Below, in pieces: positions 1 to 10,277 of a stretch of DNA of 64,000 bases. Source of the stretch: a virus. A program made the translations under genes and the position numbers. Location: the IMG/VR virus record IMGVR_UViG_3300047678_000160, positions 31,729-95,728 of that record; one strand, written 5' to 3'. Under the pieces are notes generated by a model that was given only the letters and a program-made list of their open reading frames with translations, had not been told where the DNA came from and did not search any database. The stretch's first letter is position 1; each line of letters begins with the position of its first letter.

Positions 1-2
1 AC

Positions 3-2354
3 GCATTAAAGTTTACACCTTGGGGATTGAAGCCAGTCTCTCCTTACATTGAGAAGGAGTTAAAGACTAGAGCGGCATCTTACGGTATGTCAATTCCTCC
101 TGGCGGAGAATATGATTCCTCCAAAGCAAACGGACCAAAAACAGCTTGGATTCGTGTGTGTTCAAATGCCGTTGTTCCAAAGGATAGAAGCAAGATGTTT
201 TCTACCAACAGAACAAGCAATGTTGATTGTTTTCAGGGATTTGTTTTGGATGTCGTCGATGGATTTAAAGACACATACGGACTTGGAGATGGCAAAGAAA
301 CCATTCTCGGAAGAACTCCCGATGGTAAGGGGAAACACGTTCTGTATAATGGTGAGGGTTCTACATTCCCTCACAGACCAAGTCCGGGTGTAACATCTAT
401 AGAAGGTGAATTTTACGGTGCTGGCGCGGGATTCAATGGACTTTGTAGAAAAGTAACTATTCATTGGAGAGCAAACTCTCTCGACCAATTGAATTATCTT
501 TTACCATATTTCTTGAGTCCACAAGTGTCTGTCGTAATTGAATGGGGTTGGAACCATTATAATGAGCCCGGCTCACTCATTGATTTAACAGATTTGGGCG
601 TTTGTGCTGATTCGGAAAAGGGTATTGAGGGTAGCGGTCTAAGAGGATTGTTTACCAACAGTCAGTTAATCTATAAAAGAATCGAAAAATCTCAAGGAAA
701 TTACGATTGTCACATTGGTAAAATATTTGATTATTCAATCACGTTGAATTCTCAGGGTGGGTTTGATTGCACGACCGTTGTTGTTAATGCTGCCTTTTTG
801 GCCGAAGGAATGTCTACGTTAAACCAAACTATCAAATCTTCATCTACTGGAAAATTGTTAATGAATTTTAATGAGTTCATTGGAAAAGAATTCAACAACA
901 TTGGAAGAGCGTCAAAGAACATCACTGACCCTGAATTAAAAGCCATCTTGAGTCATCCTGAAATGGTGTTTTCGACTCGCCCTTATATTAAAAAGGGTGA
1001 TGATGTTGAAGATGGAACTTGGATTCGCATGGAACTCTTGGTAATGATTTTGAACAAATATTTTTCAATAACTTTACCATCCGAAGGAGATTCAAAAACT
1101 AAGATATTGGAACTCGACATTAAAGATGTTAAAATTTGTGCTCACCCATTTTTAAAATCCACCGATAGAGCTGTATTGGTTCCAAACGTGTTTGCTCCAA
1201 AGATATTTTCATTTGGAACTCAAGACCAAGCGACGAACAAGGGAACCACGATAGGAGAAGTTAAGTCTACTTTAGAAGGATTGGGAACACCATCCACAGT
1301 AAATACGGAATATCCAGATTTACTGTCCAAATTATCAAAAGAAGCTAAGCTTGGCCAATCCCAACTATCGTTGAGATTCGATGACTTGAATAAGATTATC
1401 AATCATCACGTTGGGAATGCCGACCACGCGTTTCCTCAATTACGTTCGGAAACGGATTGTGGAAAAGCTGGTTATTGGGGTTATTTAAAAGATTTGTATG
1501 TCTCGGTTAACTTGGTAAAAGAAGTAGTTGAATCCAATGATAATGCAGTTAAGATAATTGAAACCATTTTGAACAGAATGTCATCAGCGTGTGCCAACAT
1601 CTGGAAGTTCAGAATTGCTCCATTTGATACCGCACAAAATAACAAAATTACTGTTCACGATGAGAATTATTTTCAATTCAATACTTCTAAAGCTGCTGAT
1701 ACTCTGCCGGTGTTCAAAATTGGGTCAGTTCAATCTGCCCACTTTACAGAGATTGGAATGAACATTCAGATGAAACAAGAAATGGCTGCGCAGTCTATTC
1801 TTGGTCAGTCTGCTCACAACTACCGTTCTCCAAAAAACTCGAAGCCAGGAGAAACAGATACAAGTGTTGATGTTCAAAGTAGCTTATTTTTATACACTGA
1901 TAGAATGTTTGATACTGGCCACATCGCTACTACACAACCTTCCAACAACGATATTGAATCAGAAAATAAAGAGGCCACATACAATCGTGGTTCTGTAAAG
2001 GACTTTTTAACGGTTAAGGAAAAAGGTATAACATATTTCTTGACAGAAAAAGACCCCGAATTGATGAAGTCTCTCGTCAAAACAAAGGTTTCTAGTGGAG
2101 TTGGTTCTACAGAAGCGACCTATCTTACTTCCCCAATTATGCCAGGAACAGAAATCACTCTTTCCACACAAGGTATCGGTGGATTTAGATTCTTGGATAT
2201 GTTCACCCTCGAAGGAGTTCCTGAACCATATTCTCGCCGCCGAGCCGTATGGCAAATCGAATCGGTAAAAGGAATTGTAGAAAACAATTCGTGGAAGACG
2301 GTAATAACAGCCAAAGTCAGACCAATAACAATATTGGAGGATGTTAATCAATGA
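3..2354 (+). CDS. Large virion/baseplate-hub-like protein, probably 5'-truncated by the window
   Basis: 775-aa ORF whose frame stays open upstream of the TTG at 27 to the window edge; C-terminal WQIESVKGIVENNSWKTVITAKVR resembles the ends of baseplate hub/tail proteins of large phages. Confidence 0.45.
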   Translation, partial: ALKFTPWGLKPVSPYIEKELKTRAASYGMSIPPGGEYDSSKANGPKTAWIRVCSNAVVPKDRSKMFSTNRTSNVDCFQGFVLDVVDGFKDTYGLGDGKETILGRTPDGKGKHVLYNGEGSTFPHRPSPGVTSIEGEFYGAGAGFNGLCRKVTIHWRANSLDQLNYLLPYFLSPQVSVVIEWGWNHYNEPGSLIDLTDLGVCADSEKGIEGSGLRGLFTNSQLIYKRIEKSQGNYDCHIGKIFDYSITLNSQGGFDCTTVVVNAAFLAEGMSTLNQTIKSSSTGKLLMNFNEFIGKEFNNIGRASKNITDPELKAILSHPEMVFSTRPYIKKGDDVEDGTWIRMELLVMILNKYFSITLPSEGDSKTKILELDIKDVKICAHPFLKSTDRAVLVPNVFAPKIFSFGTQDQATNKGTTIGEVKSTLEGLGTPSTVNTEYPDLLSKLSKEAKLGQSQLSLRFDDLNKIINHHVGNADHAFPQLRSETDCGKAGYWGYLKDLYVSVNLVKEVVESNDNAVKIIETILNRMSSACANIWKFRIAPFDTAQNNKITVHDENYFQFNTSKAADTLPVFKIGSVQSAHFTEIGMNIQMKQEMAAQSILGQSAHNYRSPKNSKPGETDTSVDVQSSLFLYTDRMFDTGHIATTQPSNNDIESENKEATYNRGSVKDFLTVKEKGITYFLTEKDPELMKSLVKTKVSSGVGSTEATYLTSPIMPGTEITLSTQGIGGFRFLDMFTLEGVPEPYSRRRAVWQIESVKGIVENNSWKTVITAKVRPITILEDVNQ

Positions 2355-2740
2355 TTACAAACAACAATTTAATCAAAGAATATGGTCAATTCAATATTTC
2401 TCTGAATAGAAATTCAGTGCCTCCTGTTTTTAAGCCGGCTCCGGTTGATGAAGATTACAAAAAAGGATATATCGAAAGATATTTCATTGTTAAACATAGC
2501 GACAAGTCCGGCCATGAGATTGACCCAAGCGCTTCTGAGGATGTGGATACATTTATTTATTCCATTGTTAAAATTGTTTGGAGAATCAAAGGTAAAAAAC
2601 ACTTTACTAAAGTTGGAACGGTGATTGAAGATTACGGAGTATCGGAACAAAATCTTAGTCAAATAAACAATGTAAAAATTGATACAGGAATTTCACTTTC
2701 CCCGTTTTTGAAAAATCCACTAGAATTCTGGAAAAGTTAA
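2351..2740 (+). CDS. Hypothetical phage protein
   Basis: 129-aa ORF overlapping the upstream stop (ATGA); motif PAPVDEDYKKGYIERYF. Confidence 0.6.
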   Translation: MITNNNLIKEYGQFNISLNRNSVPPVFKPAPVDEDYKKGYIERYFIVKHSDKSGHEIDPSASEDVDTFIYSIVKIVWRIKGKKHFTKVGTVIEDYGVSEQNLSQINNVKIDTGISLSPFLKNPLEFWKS

Positions 2741-2780
2741 GAAGTTGACAACGAATCTATGAGTGTTATAGTCTCATGGT

Positions 2781-4154
2781 ATGGTTATTGTCGAAAATCA
2801 ATCGGATTTCAACGAATTCTTATCTAAGTTACGCATTGATAACTGCGTTATAGATGTTGTTCTTTCGGATACAAGAAAGCACGCGTTAAATAATAAACCG
2901 TCACTTATTATCACCATTTTTCCAAAGCAGGGCGACCTGTGGATAGTTCCAATCTCTCATAATGAAGGAGTTACGATTCCAGAAGCATTGGTTAAAGTGA
3001 AAGAAAGTCTGAAAATGAGTCTTGGTAAAAAGTGCGTTTTTGACAAGAAAATGATGGTTGAGACTTTTGGCGGAGATGTTGGTTTTGTAGATTTAAATAT
3101 TATCAAATATTTGGATACAGGCTCTTATGAGGCATTGGATGAAGTGACCAATAACGCTCAAAATTTCGTTACAATAAATTTTAAAAGATTGAGTGAATTG
3201 AATCGAGCCGTTCCAATTTACAAACATTGTGAGATATTTCTTCAAAAATATTCACGATTTGTTATTCCTCCCAATGATGGTTCATTGGATTCAAGTTTTG
3301 AATTCATAAACAATGTTGCTCTAGCAAGATTTTCCGAACTGGAAGCGATTGGCATGGCCGTCGATGAAGAAAAATTCTTGCTTCAATTCGGTGAAGAACA
3401 ACAATCCAACATAAAAAATGGGCTGGTGTTTACTCAATACAATTTATTTACTTCCACCGGACGCCCAAGTAATCGATTTGGTGGAATCAACTTCGCAGCT
3501 TTGAACAAGAAAGATGGTTCTCGAACTCCATTTGTTTCACGTTATGGTGATGACGGTATGCTTATAATGGTCGATTATAGTGCCTTTCACCCGCGCCTCA
3601 TTTCAAATCTAATTAATTATGATTTGGCATTGGATACGAATCCATACGAATATTTAGCTCGTTATTTCTTCAAAACAAACACTCCTAACAAAGAAGAAAT
3701 TGCTTTGTCCAAGGGATACACTTTTCAACAGTTATACGGAACCATTCAAAAGCAATACGCTCACATTCCATATTATAAAAAGGTTCAAGAATACATTGAC
3801 CACCGATGGCGTTATTTTGAAGAGAATGGGTTCGTTGAAACGCCTGTTTATTTTAGAAAAATCAAAAGATGTCACATTGATGACCCGAGCCCAAACAAGC
3901 TTTTCAACTACATTTTACAGGCCTATGAAACGGAAGTTGGTGTATTAGCTTTAGGAAGGATTCTAGACCATTTAAAGAGTCGCTTGACTCAACCAGTTCT
4001 CTATACCTACGACAGTCTTTTATTCGATGCACATCGTTCAGATGGTCAGGAAACCATACGCCAAATTAGAGATATTATGATTGATAATCAGTTTCCGGTG
4101 AAGATTTTTGCTGGAAAAGATTATAACGATATGCGGAAGATAGAAATCGACTGA
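2781..4154 (+). CDS. Divergent family A DNA polymerase-like protein
   Basis: TGRPSN, motif A-like MVDYSAFHPRL, motif B-like KGYTFQQLYG, motif C-like YTYDSLLFD; short (457 aa). Confidence 0.75.
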   Translation: MVIVENQSDFNEFLSKLRIDNCVIDVVLSDTRKHALNNKPSLIITIFPKQGDLWIVPISHNEGVTIPEALVKVKESLKMSLGKKCVFDKKMMVETFGGDVGFVDLNIIKYLDTGSYEALDEVTNNAQNFVTINFKRLSELNRAVPIYKHCEIFLQKYSRFVIPPNDGSLDSSFEFINNVALARFSELEAIGMAVDEEKFLLQFGEEQQSNIKNGLVFTQYNLFTSTGRPSNRFGGINFAALNKKDGSRTPFVSRYGDDGMLIMVDYSAFHPRLISNLINYDLALDTNPYEYLARYFFKTNTPNKEEIALSKGYTFQQLYGTIQKQYAHIPYYKKVQEYIDHRWRYFEENGFVETPVYFRKIKRCHIDDPSPNKLFNYILQAYETEVGVLALGRILDHLKSRLTQPVLYTYDSLLFDAHRSDGQETIRQIRDIMIDNQFPVKIFAGKDYNDMRKIEID

Positions 4155-4211
4155 TATTTATAGTCAAGGATATTCCTATACAGTTTTTGTATATATGACT
4201 ATTTATTATCA

Positions 4212-5402
4212 ATGTTAATCGATTCTAGCAAAATTTTTCTTGAGTGGGCAATGCATTCCGAAGACGGTCTTGCCCTTGGAATTACACCCGAAAATATTTC
4301 CGTGTTAAAGAGAGTGTTGAAGGAGCATGGTGCCGATGACCAGATGGCAAACGATTTTGTCAGCGATGTCATCAACAACGGAGAATTCACGGAAGCTAAG
4401 AAAGAGCCAGCTCAACGTGATTTGACAGACATGTTTGTGAACATGGAAGTTGTAAAGGGATTGAAAAAAGTCTATATTGACCCACTGAAATCTGTTCTCG
4501 AAAAGCATCCAGAATTTGCCGCTCTTTACGATAAGGCTCCTTCTCTTGAACAAGCTGTCTCTCTTTACAACAACCCTCAATATTCTAAAGCAGTTGAGGA
4601 TATTAACAAGGGAATCGCTGACAGAACCCTTGGGCCAGGAGAAGTTGCTTTGGTGTTTTTGACCAAAGGATGTAAGTCTGGAGGACAGAAGACCGGCGAC
4701 TTGATTCTATCCAATGGAAAGGTTGTTGATGTTAAAGCGTGGGATTCCACAAAAACATTGAGAATTGAATACAATTCCATCAAAAATTTTAAAGGATTGA
4801 AGTTTCAAAAGGCCCTAACAGAATTAGCAACATTTATCAGAACAGAGAAAGAATCTGTTGATATTTTACTTTCGTTGATTAACGACGATACATTCGGGGT
4901 CCGCCCAGCGACTGCTAGAGAAAAGGGTTATACCACCAGCTTCTTAAATGAACTCAATACAGAAGAAATGGGTTCGTCTGTTTTCAATGGACTTGAATTG
5001 ATTGGAAAAAGATTGAAGAAGATTCCAGCAAATAAAGTATCTGACTTTGTTGAGTTGAATGTAAATGGAGAAAAAATGTTGGTATCGGTAAAGAATGGTA
5101 AGGAGCTATTGGCTCAGTTGAAAAGAAGCCCTTCGGAACAACGTTACAACCTAACATTGGCACCGATTGACGATAAAGCTTCTCAAATCATTATTCCAAT
5201 GTTGAAGAAATTACAATATTTTGCCGAAGAAATTTCTCTCAAAACAATCAACGAAGAAATTTTAAACAGTCTTCACTACGATGGTATCGTGGTGGTCGAT
5301 TCTTTTGGAAAGAACGCACTTTTAATTCCAAAAGACAAAATGAAGAATCATTTAAAATTCACTCGCTTGTCAAAGGGCGTAAAACTTGAGGTTATATTAT
5401 GA
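4212..5402 (+). CDS. Hypothetical protein with PD-(D/E)xK nuclease-like motif
   Basis: GPGEVAL...GDLILSNGKVVDVKA pattern; N-terminus IFLEW...ISVLKRVL resembles that of the next ORF. Confidence 0.45.
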   Translation: MLIDSSKIFLEWAMHSEDGLALGITPENISVLKRVLKEHGADDQMANDFVSDVINNGEFTEAKKEPAQRDLTDMFVNMEVVKGLKKVYIDPLKSVLEKHPEFAALYDKAPSLEQAVSLYNNPQYSKAVEDINKGIADRTLGPGEVALVFLTKGCKSGGQKTGDLILSNGKVVDVKAWDSTKTLRIEYNSIKNFKGLKFQKALTELATFIRTEKESVDILLSLINDDTFGVRPATAREKGYTTSFLNELNTEEMGSSVFNGLELIGKRLKKIPANKVSDFVELNVNGEKMLVSVKNGKELLAQLKRSPSEQRYNLTLAPIDDKASQIIIPMLKKLQYFAEEISLKTINEEILNSLHYDGIVVVDSFGKNALLIPKDKMKNHLKFTRLSKGVKLEVIL

Positions 5403-6289
5403 GTCACATAAACGATTTTATCAAAAACATTCTACTTGAATCAGCATTGGATAACCGTATCGAAAACGGTATTCTTGAAGTAAACAACCCAGAACACTTG
5501 ATGGTGTTGGCTGACCATCTCTTTGAACATGGACTCACTGAGGAATTCGTCACTGAGGTAGTGAATAATTTAACCCTCCGCGATGGTAAATATCCAGATA
5601 GACAAGCTTACAACAAAAATGGATGGTTGGTAACATTTCCATCTCCAGATTACAGAAATGCTGCTATCAAGAAAGGAACTCACTATACATCTGACCCTAC
5701 ACATGGTAAGGGCGGAATGCATCTTTACTATAAGAGTAAGGGAAAGCAAGCTCGACAAGCTCAACAAGCTGCCTCTCAAGTTCAGCCAGGCCAACAGCCA
5801 CCAGCTCAACCTGGTCAACCAGCGCCCGCTGCGGAGCCAGCCCCAGTAGCTCCAATATCGCCAGCGCCTCAAGCAGAAACTCCCCCAGCTGCGACTCCAG
5901 CACCTCAGGAAGCTCCTTCGGCTCAATCTCAAAAAGCTCCAGATTCTTCTGGAGAAAAATCTTCTCTCCCTGCAGCGGGTGATGAAAAAGCTCCACCGAC
6001 CCCATCTGCCGCGGCGGATGGTGAGACTCCAAAAGCCTCAGATGGTTCCGCCCAATCAGTTACACCGCCTACCCAAACGCCAGCACCTGCTACAGGCCCT
6101 TCTATAGTTGAATTGAGTAAGAAATTTGCCGCATCAAAGAATTGGCAATCCACTCCTTATGGAGATTGGAACGGAACAACAGGCGAAAAGGTCGCTGTTT
6201 CTGGTTACGATGGCCAGGTTGTTCCTGTAAATCATCCGGACAGAGAATCTCTTGCCGGTTTCATCGAGCGTAATAAGCCTCAAGCATAA
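5399..6289 (+). CDS. Hypothetical protein with Pro/Ala/Gln-rich linker
   Basis: 296-aa ORF with low-complexity central region; overlapping start/stop with both neighbours. Confidence 0.6.
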   Translation: MSHINDFIKNILLESALDNRIENGILEVNNPEHLMVLADHLFEHGLTEEFVTEVVNNLTLRDGKYPDRQAYNKNGWLVTFPSPDYRNAAIKKGTHYTSDPTHGKGGMHLYYKSKGKQARQAQQAASQVQPGQQPPAQPGQPAPAAEPAPVAPISPAPQAETPPAATPAPQEAPSAQSQKAPDSSGEKSSLPAAGDEKAPPTPSAAADGETPKASDGSAQSVTPPTQTPAPATGPSIVELSKKFAASKNWQSTPYGDWNGTTGEKVAVSGYDGQVVPVNHPDRESLAGFIERNKPQA

Positions 6290-6681
6290 TGGAGGCTTAT
6301 TCTCAACTACTCTGCACATTTTCTACCCTGGAAAATTATTCCAAGGATATTGATTCTATTGCGCAATCGTATAAGATTTTCAATAATTCCGTATTTGTTT
6401 TACAAAACGTAGAAGATAGAGCCGAAGTTTTTCTCACCTACAATGTGGAAAAACAATCCAATCTGAGGCACTTTAAAACTATTTCAGTTCATCGTAAGAA
6501 AGATTACAACGTAATTTATTCCATCAACGCATTGAATAAATTGATAGCAAGCGAAGCCGGAGAAGCTGGTGCGAATCGCCAAGTAGATTGGACGAAGTAT
6601 AAGAACAGTATTATCATAAGTTGTGAGGAAGAATTGAAGATTATCCACACAAAATTGTTGACAATTTATCGCCTAAAATAA
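6289..6681 (+). CDS. Conserved hypothetical phage protein upstream of SSB
   Basis: 130-aa ORF, QLLCTF...TYNVE...TISVHRKK..NVIYSINALN. Confidence 0.6.
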   Translation: MEAYSQLLCTFSTLENYSKDIDSIAQSYKIFNNSVFVLQNVEDRAEVFLTYNVEKQSNLRHFKTISVHRKKDYNVIYSINALNKLIASEAGEAGANRQVDWTKYKNSIIISCEEELKIIHTKLLTIYRLK

Positions 6682-6710
6682 GGCGATTTCTGAGCTGAAA
6701 TGATACTTAT

Positions 6711-6856
6711 TTGTGTGCGGTTAATGCACACATTTAACGATTGATAACTTATTACAGATTGACAAATGCGCGTTAACCACACACAATACACAAATTCTAA
6801 TTGAACTATGTTCACTTAGTAAATTAACCAATAACAAATAAACAAAAGATAAAATT
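6711..6856 (+). promoter_or_regulatory. Structured then A-rich 5' leader of ssb
   Basis: TTGTGTG/CACACAA, GGTTAATGC/GCGTTAACC and CATTT/AAATG form a long imperfect hairpin (6711-6786), followed by an A-rich tract up to the ATG. Confidence 0.4.
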
Positions 6857-7687
6857 ATGGCACTAGATATGTCGAAAGTAAAGAGTCGCCTTGAGGCACT
6901 CAAGACCACAAATGGAAAGTCAGCCCACTTGTGGAAACCAACGGGAAAGAGCGTAATTCGCATTGTCCCTTATAAGCATAACCCAGAGAATCCGTTCATC
7001 GAACTTCTCTTTCACTACGGAGTAAACAACAAGACTTATCTAAGTCCTTCCTCCTTCAACCGTCCGGACCCAATCGTTGAGTTCGCTAACAAGTTGAAGA
7101 AGAGTGGCGACAAAGAGAGCTGGAAAGAAGGTCGCAAGCTTGAACCAAAGATGCGCACTTACGTTCCTATCCTTGTTCGTGGTGAGGAAGACCAAGGTGT
7201 TAAGTTTTGGGGTATGGGTAAGACGGTGTATCAAGAAATTCTTGCTATCATCGCTGACCCTGATTACGGTGATATTACCGACCCAAAGACGGGACGCGAC
7301 ATTCTTGTCGAGTTCAAGACAGCTGAAGAGACGGGAAAGAGCTTCCCTGAGACTTCTATTCGTGTAAAGCCAAATCAGACTCCTGCATTTGACGTTACCA
7401 ACAAGTCTGTTTTGGATAAGTTCAAGGACCAAAAGAACATTTTGGACTTGTTCCCTGAACTGAGCTACGATGAATTGGCTAAGGTCATGGACGCATGGCT
7501 CAACGCTCCTGAGAGCGAGGAAGCCCCTGTTGCTGGAGTTGAAACTCCTGCCGTTGACGACGACGCTGAAGTAGAGGCTCCTAAGGCCGCTGTTAAGAGC
7601 CCTGTCGCAGCATCTGGTAAGAAAGTCTCCGCTACAACTACAGACGTAGCAAAGGACTTTGACGACTTGTTCTCGGACAAGAAGTAA
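6857..7687 (+). CDS. ssb: Single-stranded DNA-binding protein (gp32-like)
   Basis: LWKP.GKSVIRIVPY, PFIELLFHY, DPIVE, YGDITDP..GRDI; acidic C-tail DFDDLF. Confidence 0.85.
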   Translation: MALDMSKVKSRLEALKTTNGKSAHLWKPTGKSVIRIVPYKHNPENPFIELLFHYGVNNKTYLSPSSFNRPDPIVEFANKLKKSGDKESWKEGRKLEPKMRTYVPILVRGEEDQGVKFWGMGKTVYQEILAIIADPDYGDITDPKTGRDILVEFKTAEETGKSFPETSIRVKPNQTPAFDVTNKSVLDKFKDQKNILDLFPELSYDELAKVMDAWLNAPESEEAPVAGVETPAVDDDAEVEAPKAAVKSPVAASGKKVSATTTDVAKDFDDLFSDKK

Positions 7688-7690
7688 TTT

Positions 7691-7751
7691 GGGTTAGTAA
7701 CCCTTTAACCGGCGAGCGGGCGCTGAATAGCAGCGCCCGCTTACCTAACCC
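7691..7751 (+). promoter_or_regulatory. GC-rich stem-loop between ssb and recA
   Basis: GAGCGGGCGCTG-AATAG-CAGCGCCCGCTT with outer GGGTTAG/CTAACCC; no U-tract. Confidence 0.45.
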
Positions 7752-7760
7752 TATACAATC

Positions 7761-8996
7761 ATGGCAGAGAAAAAGAAAAGAATTGAGCATGAAGTTGCTC
7801 CAGTTGGCGACGATTTGGCCAACAGTTTAGCAGAAACGCTAAACGCAAATAATAAAGACAATGGCAAGGTTGCGTTCTTCCTTAGTGATTCGGAAGACCC
7901 TTCAAAGATTACCGATTGGATTTCCACCGGTGAACATCAACTTGACATTGCTATTTCAAATCGTCCTAATGGTGGTTTGCCCGCTGGGCGTATCACTGAG
8001 CTAACCGGCTTGGAAGCATCGGGAAAGAGTTTGGTGGCCGCTCACTTGTTAGCAGACACACAGAAGAAGGGTGGAGTTGCTGTATTCATTGATACTGAAT
8101 ACGCTGTTTCGCCTGAGTTTCTCACTGCAATCGGTGTAGATGTTAGTAAGATGCTTTACATCAACGTTAATACCGTTGAAGATATTTTCGATAATATCGA
8201 AGCTATCGTTGCAAAAGTTCGTCAGTCTAATAAAAATCGTCTCGTTACGATTGTTGTGGATTCGATGGCTGCAGCAAGCACTAAGAAAGAAATGGCATCA
8301 GACCACGGTGCTGATGGATACGCTACCGGAAAAGCCATTGCTATCAGTAAGGCAATGCGTAAAATCACTGAACTTGTTGCTCGTCAGAGAATTTGTTTGG
8401 TGTTCACAAATCAACTTCGTCAGAAGATTGGTTTCGTTGGATTCGGCGACCCTTGGACGACAAGTGGTGGTAAGGCTCTCGCCTTCCACGCTTCCGTTCG
8501 TATTCGTCTAAAATCCACGGGAGGCATCAAGGTCGGTGACACGCCAATTGGTATCAAGACCAAGGCTGTTGTCATTAAGAATCGTATGGGCCCACCGCTT
8601 CGCGGCTGTGAGTTCAATATTTTCTTCGACCGCGGTATTGATAGTTACGGAAGCTGGCTCGAGACACTTATCGAGAATAAGGTCGTAACCAATGCTAAAA
8701 AAGTTAAAGAAGACAAGACAGCCAAGAAAACCAAGAAGCAGTTGGAAGAAGATGTGGAAACCGATAAAAAGGCCAAGTCTCTTCAAATTCTATTGCCGAA
8801 GGGAGAAGGCGTCGAACCAGAACAAGTGTTGTTTGAGAAGAAAGACTTCCCAACCTTGTTGAATTCGCGTGAGGATGTAAGGGAATATCTTTACAATCAG
8901 CTCTGCGAAGTGTGCATCATGAAATACAAGTCTCCGAATTCAACACTCGAAGATGATGTAGAGGTAGATGCTGGTCAGGAAGGTCTCGACGAATAA
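7761..8996 (+). CDS. recA: RecA/UvsX recombinase
   Basis: GGLPAGRITELTGLEASGKS (Walker A), FIDTEYA, IVVDS, NQLRQKIG, TTSGGKALAFHASVR, KNRMGPP. Confidence 0.95.
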   Translation: MAEKKKRIEHEVAPVGDDLANSLAETLNANNKDNGKVAFFLSDSEDPSKITDWISTGEHQLDIAISNRPNGGLPAGRITELTGLEASGKSLVAAHLLADTQKKGGVAVFIDTEYAVSPEFLTAIGVDVSKMLYINVNTVEDIFDNIEAIVAKVRQSNKNRLVTIVVDSMAAASTKKEMASDHGADGYATGKAIAISKAMRKITELVARQRICLVFTNQLRQKIGFVGFGDPWTTSGGKALAFHASVRIRLKSTGGIKVGDTPIGIKTKAVVIKNRMGPPLRGCEFNIFFDRGIDSYGSWLETLIENKVVTNAKKVKEDKTAKKTKKQLEEDVETDKKAKSLQILLPKGEGVEPEQVLFEKKDFPTLLNSREDVREYLYNQLCEVCIMKYKSPNSTLEDDVEVDAGQEGLDE

Positions 8997-9002
8997 ATCA
9001 TT

Positions 9003-9036
9003 GTTGTGTGAAGTGAAATACCTTCACACAGCTTTT
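9003..9036 (+). terminator. Probable intrinsic terminator after recA
   Basis: TGTGTGAAG-TGAAATAC-CTTCACACA followed by GCTTTT. Confidence 0.5.
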
Positions 9037-9040
9037 ATAC

Positions 9041-9163
9041 ATGAATATAAAAACAGCAATTCAAGCGGCGAAGTTAGTTAGAAGATATTGCCAACATTGC
9101 GCTTATAAACAAAACAAATCACTCTACCAAGCGTATTGTGAAAAACACGGAATGAAAGTATGA
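9041..9163 (+). CDS. Small 40-aa protein with CxxC...CxxH (not in ORF track)
   Basis: MNIKTAIQAAKLVRRYCQHCAYKQNKSLYQAYCEKHGMKV; stop overlaps next ATG (ATGA). Confidence 0.45.
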   Translation: MNIKTAIQAAKLVRRYCQHCAYKQNKSLYQAYCEKHGMKV

Positions 9164-10221
9164 ACAAAGCACTTTACACTTCCATCTTCTCTCAAATTAA
9201 GAAAGAACACGATGAAGCTGGTCCAGTTTTGGCAAAGACAAGAGATAGCGACGTTTTAATTGTTGACGGAACCAACAATTTTATCAGAGTTTGGTCAGTT
9301 GTTCCTACTTTAACCGACAATGGAGAACATTGTGGAGGTATTTCGGGTTTTCTAACCACAGTGGGCCACGCTGTCAAGCTATTGAAGCCAACAAGAGTTA
9401 TCATCGTATTTGATGGTAAAGGTGGGAGTGCTAGACGCAGAAAGTTATATCCAGACTATAAGAACAAAAGCGCTGTTACAATGCGAATCAACAGGGCTTA
9501 TGAAGAGATGAGTAATCCAGAAGATGAAAGAAAAGCGATGATGCACCAAATGGCAACACTCGCAAATGACTTTTTAACATGTCTGCCTGTGACAGTGATG
9601 GCTGTAGATAACATCGAGGCTGATGATGCTATTGCTTATCTAGCTACTACAGTATTCAACAAGCCAGAAAATCGTGTCACTATTATGAGTGCAGATAGAG
9701 ACTTTCTTCAACTTGTGAACGATAGAGTTACAGTGTGGAGTCCTATCAAGAAGAAAGTATATAGCACAATGGATGTTGTGAATCAATACACCATTCATCC
9801 CACGAATTTCGTCTATTATAGAATGTTGGAGGGGGATACCTCAGATAACATCCCAGGTATTTATGGAATTAAATTGAAGACCGCTATCAAGAGATTTCCG
9901 ATGCTCACCGAATCAACAGAAACAAGTGTCGAAAAGATTCTCGAATTCGCTAAAGACAAAATCAATGAATCAAAGGTTTATGCAACGGTTGTGAATAACT
10001 CTGACGTTGTTGTAAGAAATCATATGTTGATGCAGTTAAAGAATCCTGATTTTTCTCCTTCTCTTCAAATGCAAATTTCAGACGCATCGGAAAAGGTAAA
10101 TGATTTCAACAAATTTCATTTTATTCAAAAGTTAACTCAACATGGCATGCACAGTGCAATTCCAAATTATCACCTGTGGCTACAGGAAGTTTTCTATCCT
10201 CTTTCTTGTTATACCAAATAA
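9160..10221 (+). CDS. 5'-3' exonuclease / flap endonuclease (T4 RNase H-like)
   Basis: LIVDGTN, IVFDGKGG..RR...YK, EADD.IA, SADRDFLQL, GDTSDNIPG. Confidence 0.92.
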   Translation: MNKALYTSIFSQIKKEHDEAGPVLAKTRDSDVLIVDGTNNFIRVWSVVPTLTDNGEHCGGISGFLTTVGHAVKLLKPTRVIIVFDGKGGSARRRKLYPDYKNKSAVTMRINRAYEEMSNPEDERKAMMHQMATLANDFLTCLPVTVMAVDNIEADDAIAYLATTVFNKPENRVTIMSADRDFLQLVNDRVTVWSPIKKKVYSTMDVVNQYTIHPTNFVYYRMLEGDTSDNIPGIYGIKLKTAIKRFPMLTESTETSVEKILEFAKDKINESKVYATVVNNSDVVVRNHMLMQLKNPDFSPSLQMQISDASEKVNDFNKFHFIQKLTQHGMHSAIPNYHLWLQEVFYPLSCYTK

Positions 10222-10277
10222 CACTAATTATCAATTGACCTATAGACAAATTAACCTAAGATAAACACTTATCAATT

